NCBI GenBank assembly: GCA_951406725.2
Contig: OX597822.1
Span: 39,494,001 to 39,558,000, forward strand
DNA length: 64,000 bases
Reading direction: 5' to 3'
DNA from: Octopus vulgaris
Lineage: Eukaryota
The notes below the pieces were generated by a model. The model worked only from the letters and a program-made list of their open reading frames with translations. It made no database searches and was not told the DNA's origin. How positions within the stretch are numbered: the first letter of the stretch is position 1; each line of letters begins with the position of its first letter. Below are positions 26,595-41,374 of the stretch, in pieces. A program made the position numbers and the translations under genes.

Positions 26595-26938
26595 ATAGGT
26601 GCAGGAGTGCCTGTGTGGTAAGTAGCTTCTTTACCAACCACATGGTTCCGGGTTCATTCCCACTGCGTGGCACCTTGAGCAAGTGTCTTCTACTATAGCC
26701 TCGGGCTTACCAAAGCCTCGTGAGTGGATTTGGTAGATGGAAACTGAAGGAAGCCTGTCGTGTATATGTATTTATATATGTGTATGTTTGTGTGTCTGTG
26801 TTTGTCCCCTCAACATCGCTTGACAACTGATGGCGGTGTGTTTACTCCCTGCAACTTAGTCGCCGATAGAATGGTTTACAAAGAATGTCCTGGGGTCGAT
26901 TTGCTCGACTAAATGTGGTGCTCCAGCGTGGCTGCAGT

Positions 26939-26940
<2 letters not shown>
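26595..26940 (+). mobile_element. SINE family B
   Basis: Homology to the other family B copies. Confidence 0.8.
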
Positions 26941-26969
<29 letters not shown>

Positions 26970-27671
26970 ACATATATATGTACAAACACAGAGAGAGACA
27001 TATATGTTTATACATACACATACACACACATATATACATACATGCAAACGCATTAACTGATATTAGATACTATAACTACCAATTTGAGATAGAAAAGAGA
27101 AACATGCGCTGTTTATTAATAGATACTCGTTCCACACACACACGTGTATATATTATGTATGTATGTGCATGCATATGTTTTTACGTATACACATGCGTAT
27201 GCGTAAACCTATCTGTATATACCTTATACGTGCACACATGCATATACACCCTCTGATAAACATATCTCTATCGTATTATTAAGTCTATTAACACGCACAA
27301 GTATGGATCAGGCCACCATCGTCGGGAACAGAGAACGAGTGTGGTGGAGCCGAGCTGCTGTTGCATGGTTCAAATAAACATGTCGCAAAGTAAATAAAAT
27401 ATATATTTTTCGTGTCTAAAATAGGATTAAAGGCGGTGGAGGTGAGAATTGGCGGCGGTGGCGGCGGTGGCGGCGGTGGCGGCGGCAACAGCGACGGCGA
27501 CGGCGACGAGGATGTTATTGGGTAAGGAAGAAACTCGAGTTGTATTTCTGTTGGGTGACGTGAGAGATGGTCAGATAAGAGTTTCCGGAAGCTGGAGAGC
27601 GAACTTTTTCATCACAATAACAACACTTGCCTTTCGTTAATGGTTTTGTTTTAGTTTTTTTTTAAAAAGTT

Positions 27672-27703
<32 letters not shown>

Positions 27704-27809
27704 TTTCTGTCGTGTTGCTTTTTTTGATAAACAAAGACAACGCGTAGACGTGGAAATTACGATAACGAGAAGACAACTCCTACTCCACGCCACTGTTTAC
27801 TACCGTATG

Positions 27810-27865
<56 letters not shown>

Positions 27866-28222
27866 ATACACACGTACGCACACACACACACAAAGAACAT
27901 ACATACATACACATGCGCAAGATGTTGTTTACTACTTGGATTTATGTCTCAGATACTATGTCTGTCTGTCTACTTGCTGTTGTTGTTGATGTTGTTATTT
28001 TTTCAGTTTAAGATGCGCTCTAATCGTGCAAACCGGTGGCTGTGTAGATAAGACGTCTAACTGCATCACCAGCAGCGCGTAGTTTCGAGTTCAGTCCCAT
28101 TGTGTGACACTTTGGCCGAATGTTTACTCCGCAGTGATCATTGCCTACATAATGAGGTTTCCGAAACGGAAAGCCTATAGGCGCAAGCGTGGTTGTCTGG
28201 TAAGAAGTTTGCTTCCCAACCA

Positions 28223-28847
28223 TGCTGCCAACAAAGCACGCGGAGTTCTGTTTTTGATTCGACGGTCATTCGGAATGCGCACAGCCGCCATATTCCTACC
28301 GCTCTATGTCACGCTGGTGAGACCCAGATTGGAGTACGGGATTCAAGCCTCTTCTCCTTACCTCCTCAAAGACATACTGCATCTCGAAAGAGTCCAGAAG
28401 CTGGCTACCCGCATCGTTCTTGGTCTCAAGAATTTGTCTTATGAAGAAAGGCTGAAGATGCTCGACCTTTATTCTCTAGAAAAACGACGACGCCGTGGTG
28501 ATCTCATTCTTGCTCACAACATCATAAGCGGAAAGTGTAACCTCTCGAAAGAGCTGTTCTTCACTCCTGCTCCAGAGCGTCGGCTGCGGGGTCACTCCGA
28601 AAAGCTCTATCTGCGACGATTTCATCTCAATCAAAAGAGAGGGGCTTTCTCCGCCCGGGTTGCGGATCCGTGGAATAAGCTACCGGACGAGATAGTGAAG
28701 ATGCCAACGACCGCTTGGTTCAAAGTCTCCCTTGACCACAAGTGGCCTGAACTCTTTACATGAACACCACCCTGTACATAACTCCATGTCCCCCTACATG
28801 GCCTTGCTTTTTGCTTTTTGAGCCAAAAAATTAACTAACTAACTAAC
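28223..28847 (+). mobile_element. CR1-group LINE 3' fragment with open frame and (TAAC)n tail, inserted in a family B SINE head
   Basis: LYVTLVRPRLEYG...LERVQKLATR...LSYEERL...SLEKRRRRGDLI...RGHSEKL...WNKLP. The SINE head is split at 28222/28848. Confidence 0.9.
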
Positions 28848-29268
28848 CGCATGGTTCCGAGTTCAGTCCCACTGCGTGGCATCTTGGGCAAGTATCTTTT
28901 ACTATTTCTTCGGATCAACCAAAGTTTGATAGTAAACTATGCCCGGTCGCATATGCAACTGCTCATACTCTGTGCAGTCGAAACACGAGTAGGTCGTCGT
29001 AACCATAAAAAATGCTGTATGACATTGTAAAATAACAGTAAATAAATTTTGAGGATGTACCAGTCTCCATATTCTGTGTCCTTGTAGTTATTACAAATAT
29101 ACGCTCCAGATGATATCATCATCCAGTGAAGGAACACGGAATAACCTATCGGTGGAATTTACAGTTTGAGTGACAACTCGTAGTAGCCATAGACGTTAAA
29201 TACTAGTCGATGCAATTAGCAGTAACCTGGAACATAACTGAGGGCTACCCGGATAACTCTAAACTTAC

Positions 29269-29371
<103 letters not shown>

Positions 29372-29488
29372 TACATACATATATTCAGTTCAAATAAACA
29401 ACCAATTCACAATAAAAAGAATTCAAATAAGAGAAAGAAAAAAAAGACGAAGGAATGTATTAGCTTGACGCTCAGTGAAAGGCGACAG

Positions 29489-29521
29489 TTTGACGTTTCG
29501 AGCGTTGCTCTTCGTCGGAAA
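29489..29521 (-). ncRNA. Minimal HHR-like motif (U4C) in a pLTR-like repeat (~29385-29580)
   Basis: ttt-CCGACGA-A-gagc-aac-gctc-GAAA-CG-TC-aaa. Confidence 0.55.
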
Positions 29522-29899
29522 GGAGAAAGTGAGAAGTTCGAAGATAGAGAAGAAATGTCTAGCAGCACACGTGAAGCTACATTGCTGAAGTCAATATATA
29601 CATTTGTGTGTGTACGTGTATGTGTGTGTGAGCACGTGTGTGTGTATGAGCGTGTGAGTGTATATATATATAAACAATATATATAACGTGTTTTGTTGCC
29701 ATACTTAATAACATTGCTAGCTCCTCATTCATTAAAGCTAAAGTTATAATCTCAATATTTATACGATTCATTTTGATAAAATTCATAAAAATCACTATAA
29801 GTTTAAAATTTTTAATAAAGTCTTTAGTTATTTAGAGAAAATGGAAGCTCGAATCTAGGAGAAACGACTTTATAAAATCTCATTTTAATCGCTGCATTT

Positions 29900-30101
29900 A
29901 TTCTTTTACTTGTTTCAGTTACTTGACTGCCGCCATGCTGGAGCACCGCCTTTATCCAAACAAATCAACCCCAGGACTTATTCTTTATAGGCCTAGTATT
30001 TATTCTATCGGTGACCTTTTGCCGGATCGCTAAGTTACGGTCAAGCGATGGTTGGGGGCAAACTCAGACGCACAAATACATACATATATATGTGTGTGTG
30101 G

Positions 30102-30133
<32 letters not shown>

Positions 30134-30295
30134 AGATGGGCTTCTTTCAGTTTCTGTCTACCAAATCCACTTACAAGGCTTTGATCGGCCCGAGGCTAAG
30201 TAGAAGATGCTTGCCCAAGGTGACACGCAGTGGGACTGAACCCGGAACCATGAGGTTTTGAAGCAAGCTTCTTACCACATAGCCACTCTTGTGTC
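29900..30295 (-). mobile_element. SINE family B
   Basis: Homology to the other family B copies. Confidence 0.75.
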
Positions 30296-30315
30296 TGTAG
30301 TTAGTTTTATTCTAT

Positions 30316-31804
<1,489 letters not shown>

Positions 31805-31824
31805 AGAGAGAGAGAGAGAGATAA

Positions 31825-31883
<59 letters not shown>

Positions 31884-32161
31884 TACACAGACACATACAA
31901 AGATAAATTGATAGATACAACTGAGTGGGCAAACAAAAGTATGAGACAGCCTAGTGCTTTTTTATGTTGATAAGCCTAGTACTTATTCTATTAGTTTGTT
32001 CTTGTGAAACCAGTAACTTATGTGAATGTAAATAAATGAACACCAGTTGTGAAGCAATGATGAGGGTGAAACACAAAGACAAAGACACACACATACACTT
32101 ACATATATACATACATATATATATACGATTGATTTGTTTCAGTTCCTGTCTACGAAATCCA

Positions 32162-34869
32162 TATATATTGTTGTTGGCATCCTTTTTGTCTCGGGAGACA
32201 ATAGAGTTGCGCATAAAATAATCTAGTCCAGCTTTTACATTTCATGTCCAAATACATCTTCTGCTGTGGTTGTGTAGTCCTATCTTGGACGAACACTCCC
32301 TCTGGCAGGTGCCGCAAATGTAGCGAAGACTTTGCCTGGCTGGTTGTAATGTCATAGTTTCTTGACGATTTTTTTTTGTCTTTCCATTTCTCCTCTCTCT
32401 CTATGTCACTTCTTTGTGTTCCCTCTTTTACGGTACGTCGCCAATCTCCACGGTTGCTGGCAACTGCTTCCCAGTTGGTAATATTGATGTTGCAGGCATT
32501 CATGTCCCTTTTGCAAATGTCCTTGTATCGTAAGAACGGTCTTCCCACAGACCTAGTGCCCCTAGCAAGCTCTCCGTTGAGTATGTCAGGGATTCTGCCA
32601 TCTTCCATACGGCTAACATGTCGAAGCCATCTCATATATCTTTGTGTGAGGAGTGCAAACATGCTTGGTATTCCTGCTTGCTTGAGGACATCTTTCTTGG
32701 GGACATGATTCTGCCATTTGATGCGAAGGATTTTCCGGAGGCAGCGCAGGTGAAAGATATTTAGGCGACGCTCTTGGCGTGTGCATGGCGTCCAAGTCTC
32801 ACTTCCATACAGTAGAGTGCTAAGTACACATGCCTGGCAAATCTTCATTTTTGTGGTCTTGGTCAGCTTATTGTTGTCCCATGCCCGTTTGGAGAGTTGG
32901 GCTATCACAGCAGCTGCCTTGCCAATGCGTATATTGAGCTCAGCATCAAGGGATAGGTTGTAGGTGACAGTAGAGCCAAGATAGGTAAACTTCTCCACCT
33001 CCTGTAGTCTGTGCTCTCCAATATGTATGTTTGGGATGTCCGATGTAGCCTGACCCATGATGTTGGTCTTCTTGAGGCTGATAATTAAGCCAAAGTTGCC
33101 ACATGCTTGCTCAAAACAGTTGATGAGCCTTTGTAGGGCTTCTTCTGTGTGTGATACCAGAGCGGCATCATCAGCAAATAGCATCTCCTTGATCAGGACG
33201 TTTCTGATTTTGGTCTTGGCACGCAGACGCGAGAGATTGAACAGTTTCCCATCACTTCTACTGTGCAGAAACAATCCATCATCTGACGTCTGAACGGCAC
33301 GTGACAGCAGCAGCGAGAAGAAGATGACAAATAATGTAGGAGCAAGGATACAACCTTACTTTATCCCGATTTTTATTTGGAAGCCGGTTGATGTTGAACC
33401 ATTATGTTGTATGGTGCCTTGCATATCATCATGGAAAGATTTGATGATCCCCAGCAGCTTTGGTGGACATCCGAGTTTTTGGAGCAGGATGAAGAGGCCT
33501 TTTCTACTTACCAAGTCAAAGGCCAATCAATGAAGGCCATATATAATGGCATTTTCTGCTCTCTGGTCTTCTCCTGAAGTTGGCATATGGAGAATATCAT
33601 GTCAATAGTTGATCTGCTTCTTCTAAAGCCACACTGCGACTCAAGATAAATTCGAGAAGCAAGCAGTTGTAGTCTGGACAGGATAATGCGAGCAGAGGCC
33701 TTTCTAACAATGCTTAGAAGAGAAATTCCATGGTAATTGTTACAATCACCACGGTCTCCTTTGTTTTTGTAAAGCGTAATGATGTTAGCATCCCGCATAG
33801 CCTGAGGGACTGTACCCTCTTCCCAGCACTGACACAGAAGCTCATGAATGTGCCGAAGCAGGATGGTGTTTTTGCCGGTTTTTATGATCTCTAAGGGGAT
33901 GCCATCTTTTCCCGGAGCTAGGGAGTCAATAGACTTGGTGAGCTCTGCTATAGATGGCAGACTGTCAAGTTCACACATGACTGGCAAGATCTTGACACCC
34001 TCGATTGCAGCCTCAGCTACCGTGGTCTCTCGTGAGTACAGACCTGGTAGTACTCTACCCGTGTATCCATTTGCTTGCTTTGGTCCTTGATGAGATCCCC
34101 AGTAGTTGATTTCAGAGGAGCTGACTTGGTTGCGGATGGACCGAGGGCCTTCTTCAAACCGGCATACATTCCACGGGTGTCGCCACTGTCAGCAGCTGAC
34201 TTGATACTCTAACAGATTTCCTGCCAATACATATTTGCACAGCGTCTGGCAGACAGTTGGGTTTCATTTCTTGCCTTTCTGAATTCTTCGAGTGGCTTTG
34301 TAGAAGAATCACTCTTGTATTGCATCAGAGCTGCACGTTTTGCTTCGATAACTGTTTCCAGCTCTAAGAGCCCAGCACTGAACAAAATCTGGGTTTTGCC
34401 TTTCTCTCATGCCGAAAGTATCTATTGATGTCGTATACAAAGCTTCCCTGATATAATTCCACCTACTTTCAGCAGAGGTGGCTGGGCAGCTGCAGAGGGC
34501 AACCTTGATAGAAAGAGCAAAACATTGTCGCAGTGTAGGGTCTGAGGTTCTGCCAGTGTTAATGCGTATTTGACCCATTTTCTTGGAGTGATGGACTTTT
34601 TTAGGCAGAATCCTCATCCTGCTTCTTATTAGTGAATAATTTGTGTCACAATCCACGCTGTGGTAACTACGGGTCAGCTGAGCAGAATTCAGAAAGGATC
34701 TTCGTGTAATGATGAGATCCAGCTGATGCCAGTGGTGAGATCTTGGATGTCTCCAAGATGCCTTGTGGGATGTCTTGTTGGCAAAGAATGTGTTGGTGAC
34801 GCACGGGTTATGGTATGTGCAAAATTCAAGTAGTCTCTGACCATTGTCATTCATGTTGCCAATACCAAA
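32162..34869 (-). pseudogene. RTE (BovB-like) LINE, 5'-truncated, with disrupted APE-RT ORF and ~72-bp target-site duplication
   Basis: SWRHPRSHHWHQLD (APE), LYKNKGDRGDCNNYHGISLLS, ESQCGFR, EMLFADD (RT) and LLYGSETW. (CAA)n tail. Direct repeats at 32089-32161 and 34870-34940. Confidence 0.93.
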
Positions 34870-34940
34870 ACACATACACTTACATATATGCATACATATA
34901 TATACGATTGATTTGTTTCAGTTCCTGTCCACGAAATCCA

Positions 34941-35060
<120 letters not shown>

Positions 35061-35665
35061 TGTATGTATACACACACACGCACACACACAAAGATAAATT
35101 GATAGATACAACTGAGTGGGCAAACAAAAATATGAGACACTGCATAGTCCTTTTTCATATTTTGATAAGCCTGGTACTTATTCTATCAGTTTCTTCTTGT
35201 GAAACCTGTAAGTTATGGGGATGTAAATAAACGAACACCAGTTGTGAAGTAGTGATAAGGGAGAAACACACACACACACATAGACTTACATATATTCATA
35301 CATATACATACAATTGATTTCTTTCAGTTTCTGTCTACAAAATCCACTGACAAGGCTTTGGTTGGTCTGAGGCTATAGCAGAAGACCTGTCAAGTTACCA
35401 CACAGTGGGATTGAACTGAGGACTATGTGTTTTGGAACCAAGTTTGTTACCACACAGCCACACCTGCACCTATTTGTGTGGGGGGTGGATCGGTGTGTGT
35501 GTGTGTATGGGTGTATATATGTATGCATGTGTATATATATATATATGTGTGTGTTTGTGTCTGTGTGTGTGTATGAGTGTGTGTGTGTGTGTGTGTGAGT
35601 ATGTGTGTGTGTACATATTACATGTACATCTATATATACATCTAGACATACATGTTTATATATAC

Positions 35666-36653
35666 ACTAGCAGTATGACCCGGTGTTGCTTGGGTTTGTT
35701 TCCACCCTTTAGAATTGGAATTTTTGAAAAGTAAAATGCAACTTGTTATTCTCTTCAAGTGAACATTTTTCCAGTTGAAATACACCGAGAAATGGTGACA
35801 CAGCAATAGGGATTTTCATGGAAAAAAAAGTACCTTTTTGATGTAAATAATTTTTGGTGTTAACATGATCCTATTTGAATTTTATCTTCTACTGAATGAA
35901 GAGCAAGCCTTCTTCTATCATACTCTCAATTTTGGTCAACTTGCGCTGCAGGGTCTCGAAGGAGATATTGTTAGTTGAAGGCTACCAAACCTGCCACACA
36001 CAGACAACTTCAGCTTTATATATAGAGATTTGCTACACACTACTCTCCATCCTTAATAATGAAACTTGGTAGATCCAAAAGTTAAACACACAGACACACA
36101 CACAGATACACACACAGACACACAAGTTGAGTTTTATATATATAGATTTCTCAACGGGGATTTCAGGGGAGAGTTTCAGGGAGTCGCTGGCGATGTATCG
36201 TGATGATCAAAAATCCGGCCTGCTAAAATTTGGTTAAAGTGATTCAAACTGCAGACTCAACGCAAAATAGTCACATTTAATTCAAAGCGTTAAAAATGTT
36301 ATGAAAACAATTGGTATGTGTTCACAAAGTCCAAACGATTAATACGAAAAATCCCTCCAGGCTACATCCCGAAAATTCATTTGTTTGCCGAATTTCTATA
36401 ATGTTTACGGCGATTCGTTTTTATATCTTGATTTTTTTATTATTTTTCATGCAATTTACGCATACTTGCACGCGTGGTGAACTATCAATTTTTGCACTTG
36501 CGAGATGAATTTCGGAACAGAAATAGCGCAGTTCAATTTTCATTCGCCTAAACTTTAAGTGACCCATTTTTTGTGGTTCTACGATTTGTTGGCTAGGAGA
36601 TGTGCCGGGAAGTTAAACACACAGACACACAAGTTGAGTTTTAAATATATAGA
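35666..36653 (-). mobile_element. Non-autonomous Helitron with three stacked 5' ends
   Basis: TC-initial termini (TCT.TAT..ATAAA type) begin at 36653, 36146 and 36028. A single 3' hairpin plus CTAGT lies at 35666-35695. Confidence 0.6.
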
Positions 36654-36725
36654 TTTCCCTTACATATATGTATATGTGTGTATGTGCTTGTGTGTGAGTG
36701 TGTACGTGTGTGTGAGTGTGCGCGC

Positions 36726-36799
36726 GTAAAGCATCAGACTTTTATAGGTCAGCCTTAGAAGTAAGCTGAGGGTCGTGGGTGCGAGTCCCTCTGCGGGCG
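36726..36799 (+). pseudogene. tRNA-Lys(TTT) pseudogene, 5'-truncated, retaining a 19-nt intron (36745-36763)
   Basis: GTAAAGCATCAGACTTTTA-[taggtcagccttagaagta]-AGCTGAGGGTCGTGGGTGCGAGTCCCTCTGCGGGCG matches metazoan tRNA-Lys(UUU) on both sides of position 37/38. The B box is mutated and there is no CCA. Confidence 0.75.
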
Positions 36800-36810
36800 T
36801 AAATAATTGT

Positions 36811-36982
36811 ATAGGCGCAGGAGTGGCTGTGTGGTAAGTAGCTTGCTTACCAGCCACATGGTTCCGGGTTCAGTCCCACTGCATGGCATCTTGGGCAAGG
36901 GTCTTCTATTATAACCTCGAGCCGACCAGTCTTGTGAGTGGATTTGGTAGACGGAAACTGAAAGAAGCCCGTCATATATATA

Positions 36983-37060
<78 letters not shown>

Positions 37061-37268
37061 TACGTTTGTGTGTTTGTGTTTGTTCCTCCAACATCGCTTG
37101 ACAACCGATGCTGGTGTGTTTACGTCTCCGTAACTTAGCGACTCGGCAAATGTGACCGATAGAATAAATACTAGGCTTACAAAGAATAAGTCCTGGGGTC
37201 GATTTGCTCAACTAAAGGCGGTGCTTCTCCTTGGCCACAGTCAAATGACTGAAAAGAGTAAAAGAGAT
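36811..37268 (+). mobile_element. SINE family B
   Basis: Full-length homolog. Confidence 0.85.
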
Positions 37269-37343
37269 ACATGTAGACGTATATATATGCATATATACAT
37301 ATATATATGTACATACATATGTATATATGTATATAGATATGCA

Positions 37344-37940
37344 TATTTGGGTACAGGACGTCACAAAGCGTAAAAAAACATGATATACGAAAATAAAGTT
37401 GAGTACGCAAACAACGAGAGAAACAAATGGAAAAAAAGACAGCTAACATAAAGAACGACGCCTCATCAGTTGTCGCTTGTCCTTCTACTCCTGATTTCGA
37501 GCATTCAACGAGAATATAAAACTTTGAAGGCAGTTGCTTCCGCGAACCAAAATAAAATTTGAGATTTGAGGAGAGTCAAAGTTGGTAACAAAAACAGGAC
37601 AGTGGAGACATACAAAGAAACCGAACGAAAACAAACATGAAGGGCTAATAGATCAGTCGAGGTAAAGTAGTGAAAGTGACCCTCCATATTTGTTTTCGTT
37701 CGGTTTCCTTGTATGTTTCCACTGTCCTGTTTTTGTTACCAACTTTGACCTTCCGCAAATCCCAAATTTTATTTTGGTTCGTGTAAGCAACTGCCTTCAA
37801 AGTATTATAGTGACATTGCTCGAAATAAGGAGTAGAAGGACAGCCGACAACCGATGAAGGGTCGTTCGTTATGTTAGTTGTCTTGTTTTCCATTTGTTTC
37901 TCTCGTTGTTTGTGTACACAGCTTTATTTTTATATTTCAT
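37344..37940. mobile_element. Foldback PLE-type repeat with diverged arms
   Basis: Inverted arms ~37380-37644 and ~37680-37940. A ~36-bp extension on the left arm abuts the TA-rich run. Confidence 0.75.
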
Positions 37941-37994
37941 AATAACATCGAAAAATACCTTAGGAATGAGAACCCAGGTTCAAAATTTCCCCAA

Positions 37995-38040
37995 GACACC
38001 TGATGAAGGCTGGAGGGTATATCAACCGAAACGTTGTGTT
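37995..38040 (+). ncRNA. Minimal HHR motif, canonical C3-G8 core
   Basis: gacac-CTGATGA-A-ggctg-gagggtatat-caacc-GAAA-CG-TT-gtgtt (one mismatch in stem II). Confidence 0.75.
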
Positions 38041-38629
38041 AACAACAAATAAGAGGACAAATATCCTTCAAATGTAAATAATGTAAATAATGTACATAAT
38101 TCCTCATCTTAAATATAGATGAGTATTTAGTACGAGGCAATGCCATTTGTAAACAGTGGTAATTTGGTATAATGAAGAAGCTGGGAGCCGAAGTATTGAC
38201 CTTACATATAGTGAAGAGAAGTGGGAGAAAGTGTATTTATAGAATTCAAACAGTGGAGGAAATTTACTATTTGTTAAGTCAACCTAATTGAAGATGTTCA
38301 ATTGAATTTGCTTTTAACAAACAATTGATAATAATGTCATGCCTTATAATTTCATCCAGATTGTTAATCTTTAGAATCGCTGTATACAATGCCAAAAATA
38401 GGACGGAAGGAAGAAAGAAGGAAAGAAAGATGAGATAATTCGCGAGACTCTACGAAGACCCAAAGTCAACGGACCAGTTATAAGTAAACAACCAGAACGA
38501 ATTGATTTAGAAAAAGGTAAAAAAACCCAAAATTATGCAACGGGTATATGTGTGTGTGTATATATATATGTATACATTCGTACATACATACAAACATACA
38601 TGGTTCCTTATACACGTTAAAATACTGTG

Positions 38630-38664
<35 letters not shown>

Positions 38665-38666
38665 AC

Positions 38667-39295
38667 TTATAAACAAGGGCTAAAGAAAATGATTTCTATG
38701 CCAATATGCTGATAACAGAGTTTTAAATCGTCAATTTCCACATATCATTTACTCGCTACAGAAAACACGTTGAGCTGGAATTGAGGAAAGCTGGCCAACA
38801 GGATTTTTTAAAAAGTTCGTTATTTCTATATTGAATCAATTTCGGAATTATCTCATAATAGATTTTTCCTCTTCAGTAGAAAATACGAAAATACATAAAT
38901 GAAATACTTACAAGCGCCCATAGAAAAATGCCGAAGCAAAAATCATTTTCGCTTCGGCTTTTTTCCATGGGCGCTTGTAAGTATTTCATTTATGTCTTTT
39001 CGTATTTTCTACTGAAGAGGAAAAATCTATTATGAGATTAATTCCGAAATTGATTCAATATAGAAATAACGAACTTTTAAAAAATCCTGTTGGCCAGCTT
39101 TCCTCAATTCCAGCTCTACGTGTTTTCTGTAGCGAGTAAATAATATGTGGAAATTGACGATTTAAAGGTCTGTTATCAGCATATTGGCATAGAAATCATT
39201 TTCTTTAGCCCTTGTTTATAATTTTAACCTTAAAGGTATTTTAACATGCTGCCACATTTTCTGATGAAAGTTTTTTCTGTAAAATGGCTTCATCC
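38667..39295. mobile_element. Near-perfect ~555-bp palindrome (foldback PLE-type repeat) with an HHR in each arm
   Basis: Arms 38667-38945 and 38949-39221, a ~75-bp extension on the right, and TA-rich flanks. Confidence 0.85.
39006..39066 (+). ncRNA. Type I HHR motif, canonical core (mirror copy at 38823-38882, - strand)
   Basis: tttcta-CTGAAGA-ggaa-a-aatct-attatg-agatt-aa-ttcc-GAAA-ttga-t-tcaa-TA-tagaaa. Confidence 0.8.
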
Positions 39296-39326
39296 TATAT
39301 TAGTAGTAATAGTATTAGTAGTAGTA

Positions 39327-39383
<57 letters not shown>

Positions 39384-39386
<3 letters not shown>

Positions 39387-40434
39387 GGGACAAGAACGCA
39401 AAACACCCAGACAGTTAGGTGATACAAAAAAGAGACAACGAAATATCCAGATAGACGATACAAAGTAAACATGGACGAGTCATTCGGAGTTTTCTTTCCT
39501 CAGTAGAGTTCCTGATTATCTTTGCAATTTCGGCTTGTTATACTCGAGATTGCTCCACTGAGGAAAGAAAACTCCGAATGGCCCGTCCTTGTTTTGTTGT
39601 CCCTTTCTTGTATCACCTACCTGCCTGGATGTTTTGCGTTCTTGTCCCATTTTGTATTATATATATATATATATTTATATATATAGCGGCGTATGTACAC
39701 CTTGGTCACTTATATGTAAATATAAATATATATTTATCTAAATCTTGTACGACTATATTCTTTCTTTCTGAGCCCTTTCATGCTTATTCGTTCATTCCAC
39801 TCTTCGTTCTTTCGTTTCCCCTCTCTCACATTTCCCTGCCTTCTCCTCTTGCTCACTTTTCCTTCTCTTTTCACTTCACTATGTTCCTGTCATTTTCCCC
39901 GCCTCTTCTTAATTCTTCTGCCCCACTGCCTCTACCTCTCTTTCTTTTCTCTCCCCACATGACCGGTGTTCGGCCAAACCTGATCTTTCTTTCTTGGTTT
40001 GGCCGTCGTCCGTGCAACGTCTATATTCCTCCATGTGCCTGTGAAATCATGTATCCTTGCCGTAAGGCTGTTTTTTCCACACACGCCACCTTAATTTAAT
40101 TCGTCCTTAGTTGAAAGATACCTGTTATTATGTCCTGTTATTTGTATTTGTGTAATTTTCTCTGTTTTTTATCCGTCCTTGTTTTCATATACATTCGCTG
40201 CTTTCTTCCAAGGAATCTAATGCTCTTAGCGCAGTTTTTCTTTGGAGCTGGCCAGATTGGAGCAATCTCGAGTACAACAAGCTGAAATTGCAAAGGTAAT
40301 CTGGGATTCGACCGAGGAAAGAAAACTTCGAATGACCCGTCCTTGCTTTTTTTGTATCGTCTATCTGGATGTTTTGTTGTCCCTTTTTTGGATCACCTAA
40401 CTGTCTGGATGTTTTGCGTTCTTGTCCCATTTTG

Positions 40435-40468
<34 letters not shown>

Positions 40469-40539
40469 GTATATATATATATATATATATATATAGATAG
40501 ATAGATATATATAGATATATAGCGGCGTACGCACACTTT

Positions 40540-40543
<4 letters not shown>
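39384..40543 (+). mobile_element. Partial tandem/inverted array of a ~755-bp non-coding repeat joined by (TA)n
   Basis: Inverted 3' part 39384-39557, direct 3' part 39558-39657, full unit 39686-40437, and the unit's 5' end repeated at 40522-40543. Confidence 0.75.
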
Positions 40544-40614
<71 letters not shown>

Positions 40615-41085
40615 GCACATATATATATGGGTATGTGTGTGTGTGTGTATCACCCAAGAGGCTCACAATTAAATACGGTGAAATTATGTCAATGACAAGA
40701 TCACAGTTCGTGCGTCGAAAATTTTGAAACCAAATTATGAATGATTAAGTGAAGTCATGTCGTTGTGCGTGTTTTGAATGGTTAATATGTGTCTCCCACC
40801 ATGTAATCGTTTTAGTTTTAACAGGAGGATCCGGTTCATGTCACTCGCCTTCAAATACAGTTCTTAAAGCTATCCATTGTCATAACAGAAGTAGATATAA
40901 ATATACGAAAATGCATAAATACGCTATGTAACTTATATGCCTATATATATATATATATACATACATACATACATACATGCATACATACATATACACACAC
41001 ACACATATATACATATACCAAAAAGAAGCAATGCACATGCGCGAATTTAAAAATATAAAATGGCGGCAATTTACGAATCGCAATC

Positions 41086-41123
<38 letters not shown>

Positions 41124-41138
41124 CATATATATATATAC

Positions 41139-41213
<75 letters not shown>

Positions 41214-41374
41214 CATATATATATGTATATATACGACTGGCTTCTTTCAGTTTCCGTCTACCAAATCCACCCACAAACCTTTGGTCGACACGAGGCTATT
41301 GTAGAAGACACTTGTCCAAGGTGCCACACAGTGAGACTGAACCTGGAACCATGTGGCTGGTAAGCAAGCTACTT

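Noticed and set aside
37450-37870. Hammerhead in the 37344-37940 foldback
   Set aside because: CTGATGA and GAAA occur in the wrong order, and I could not build the stems.
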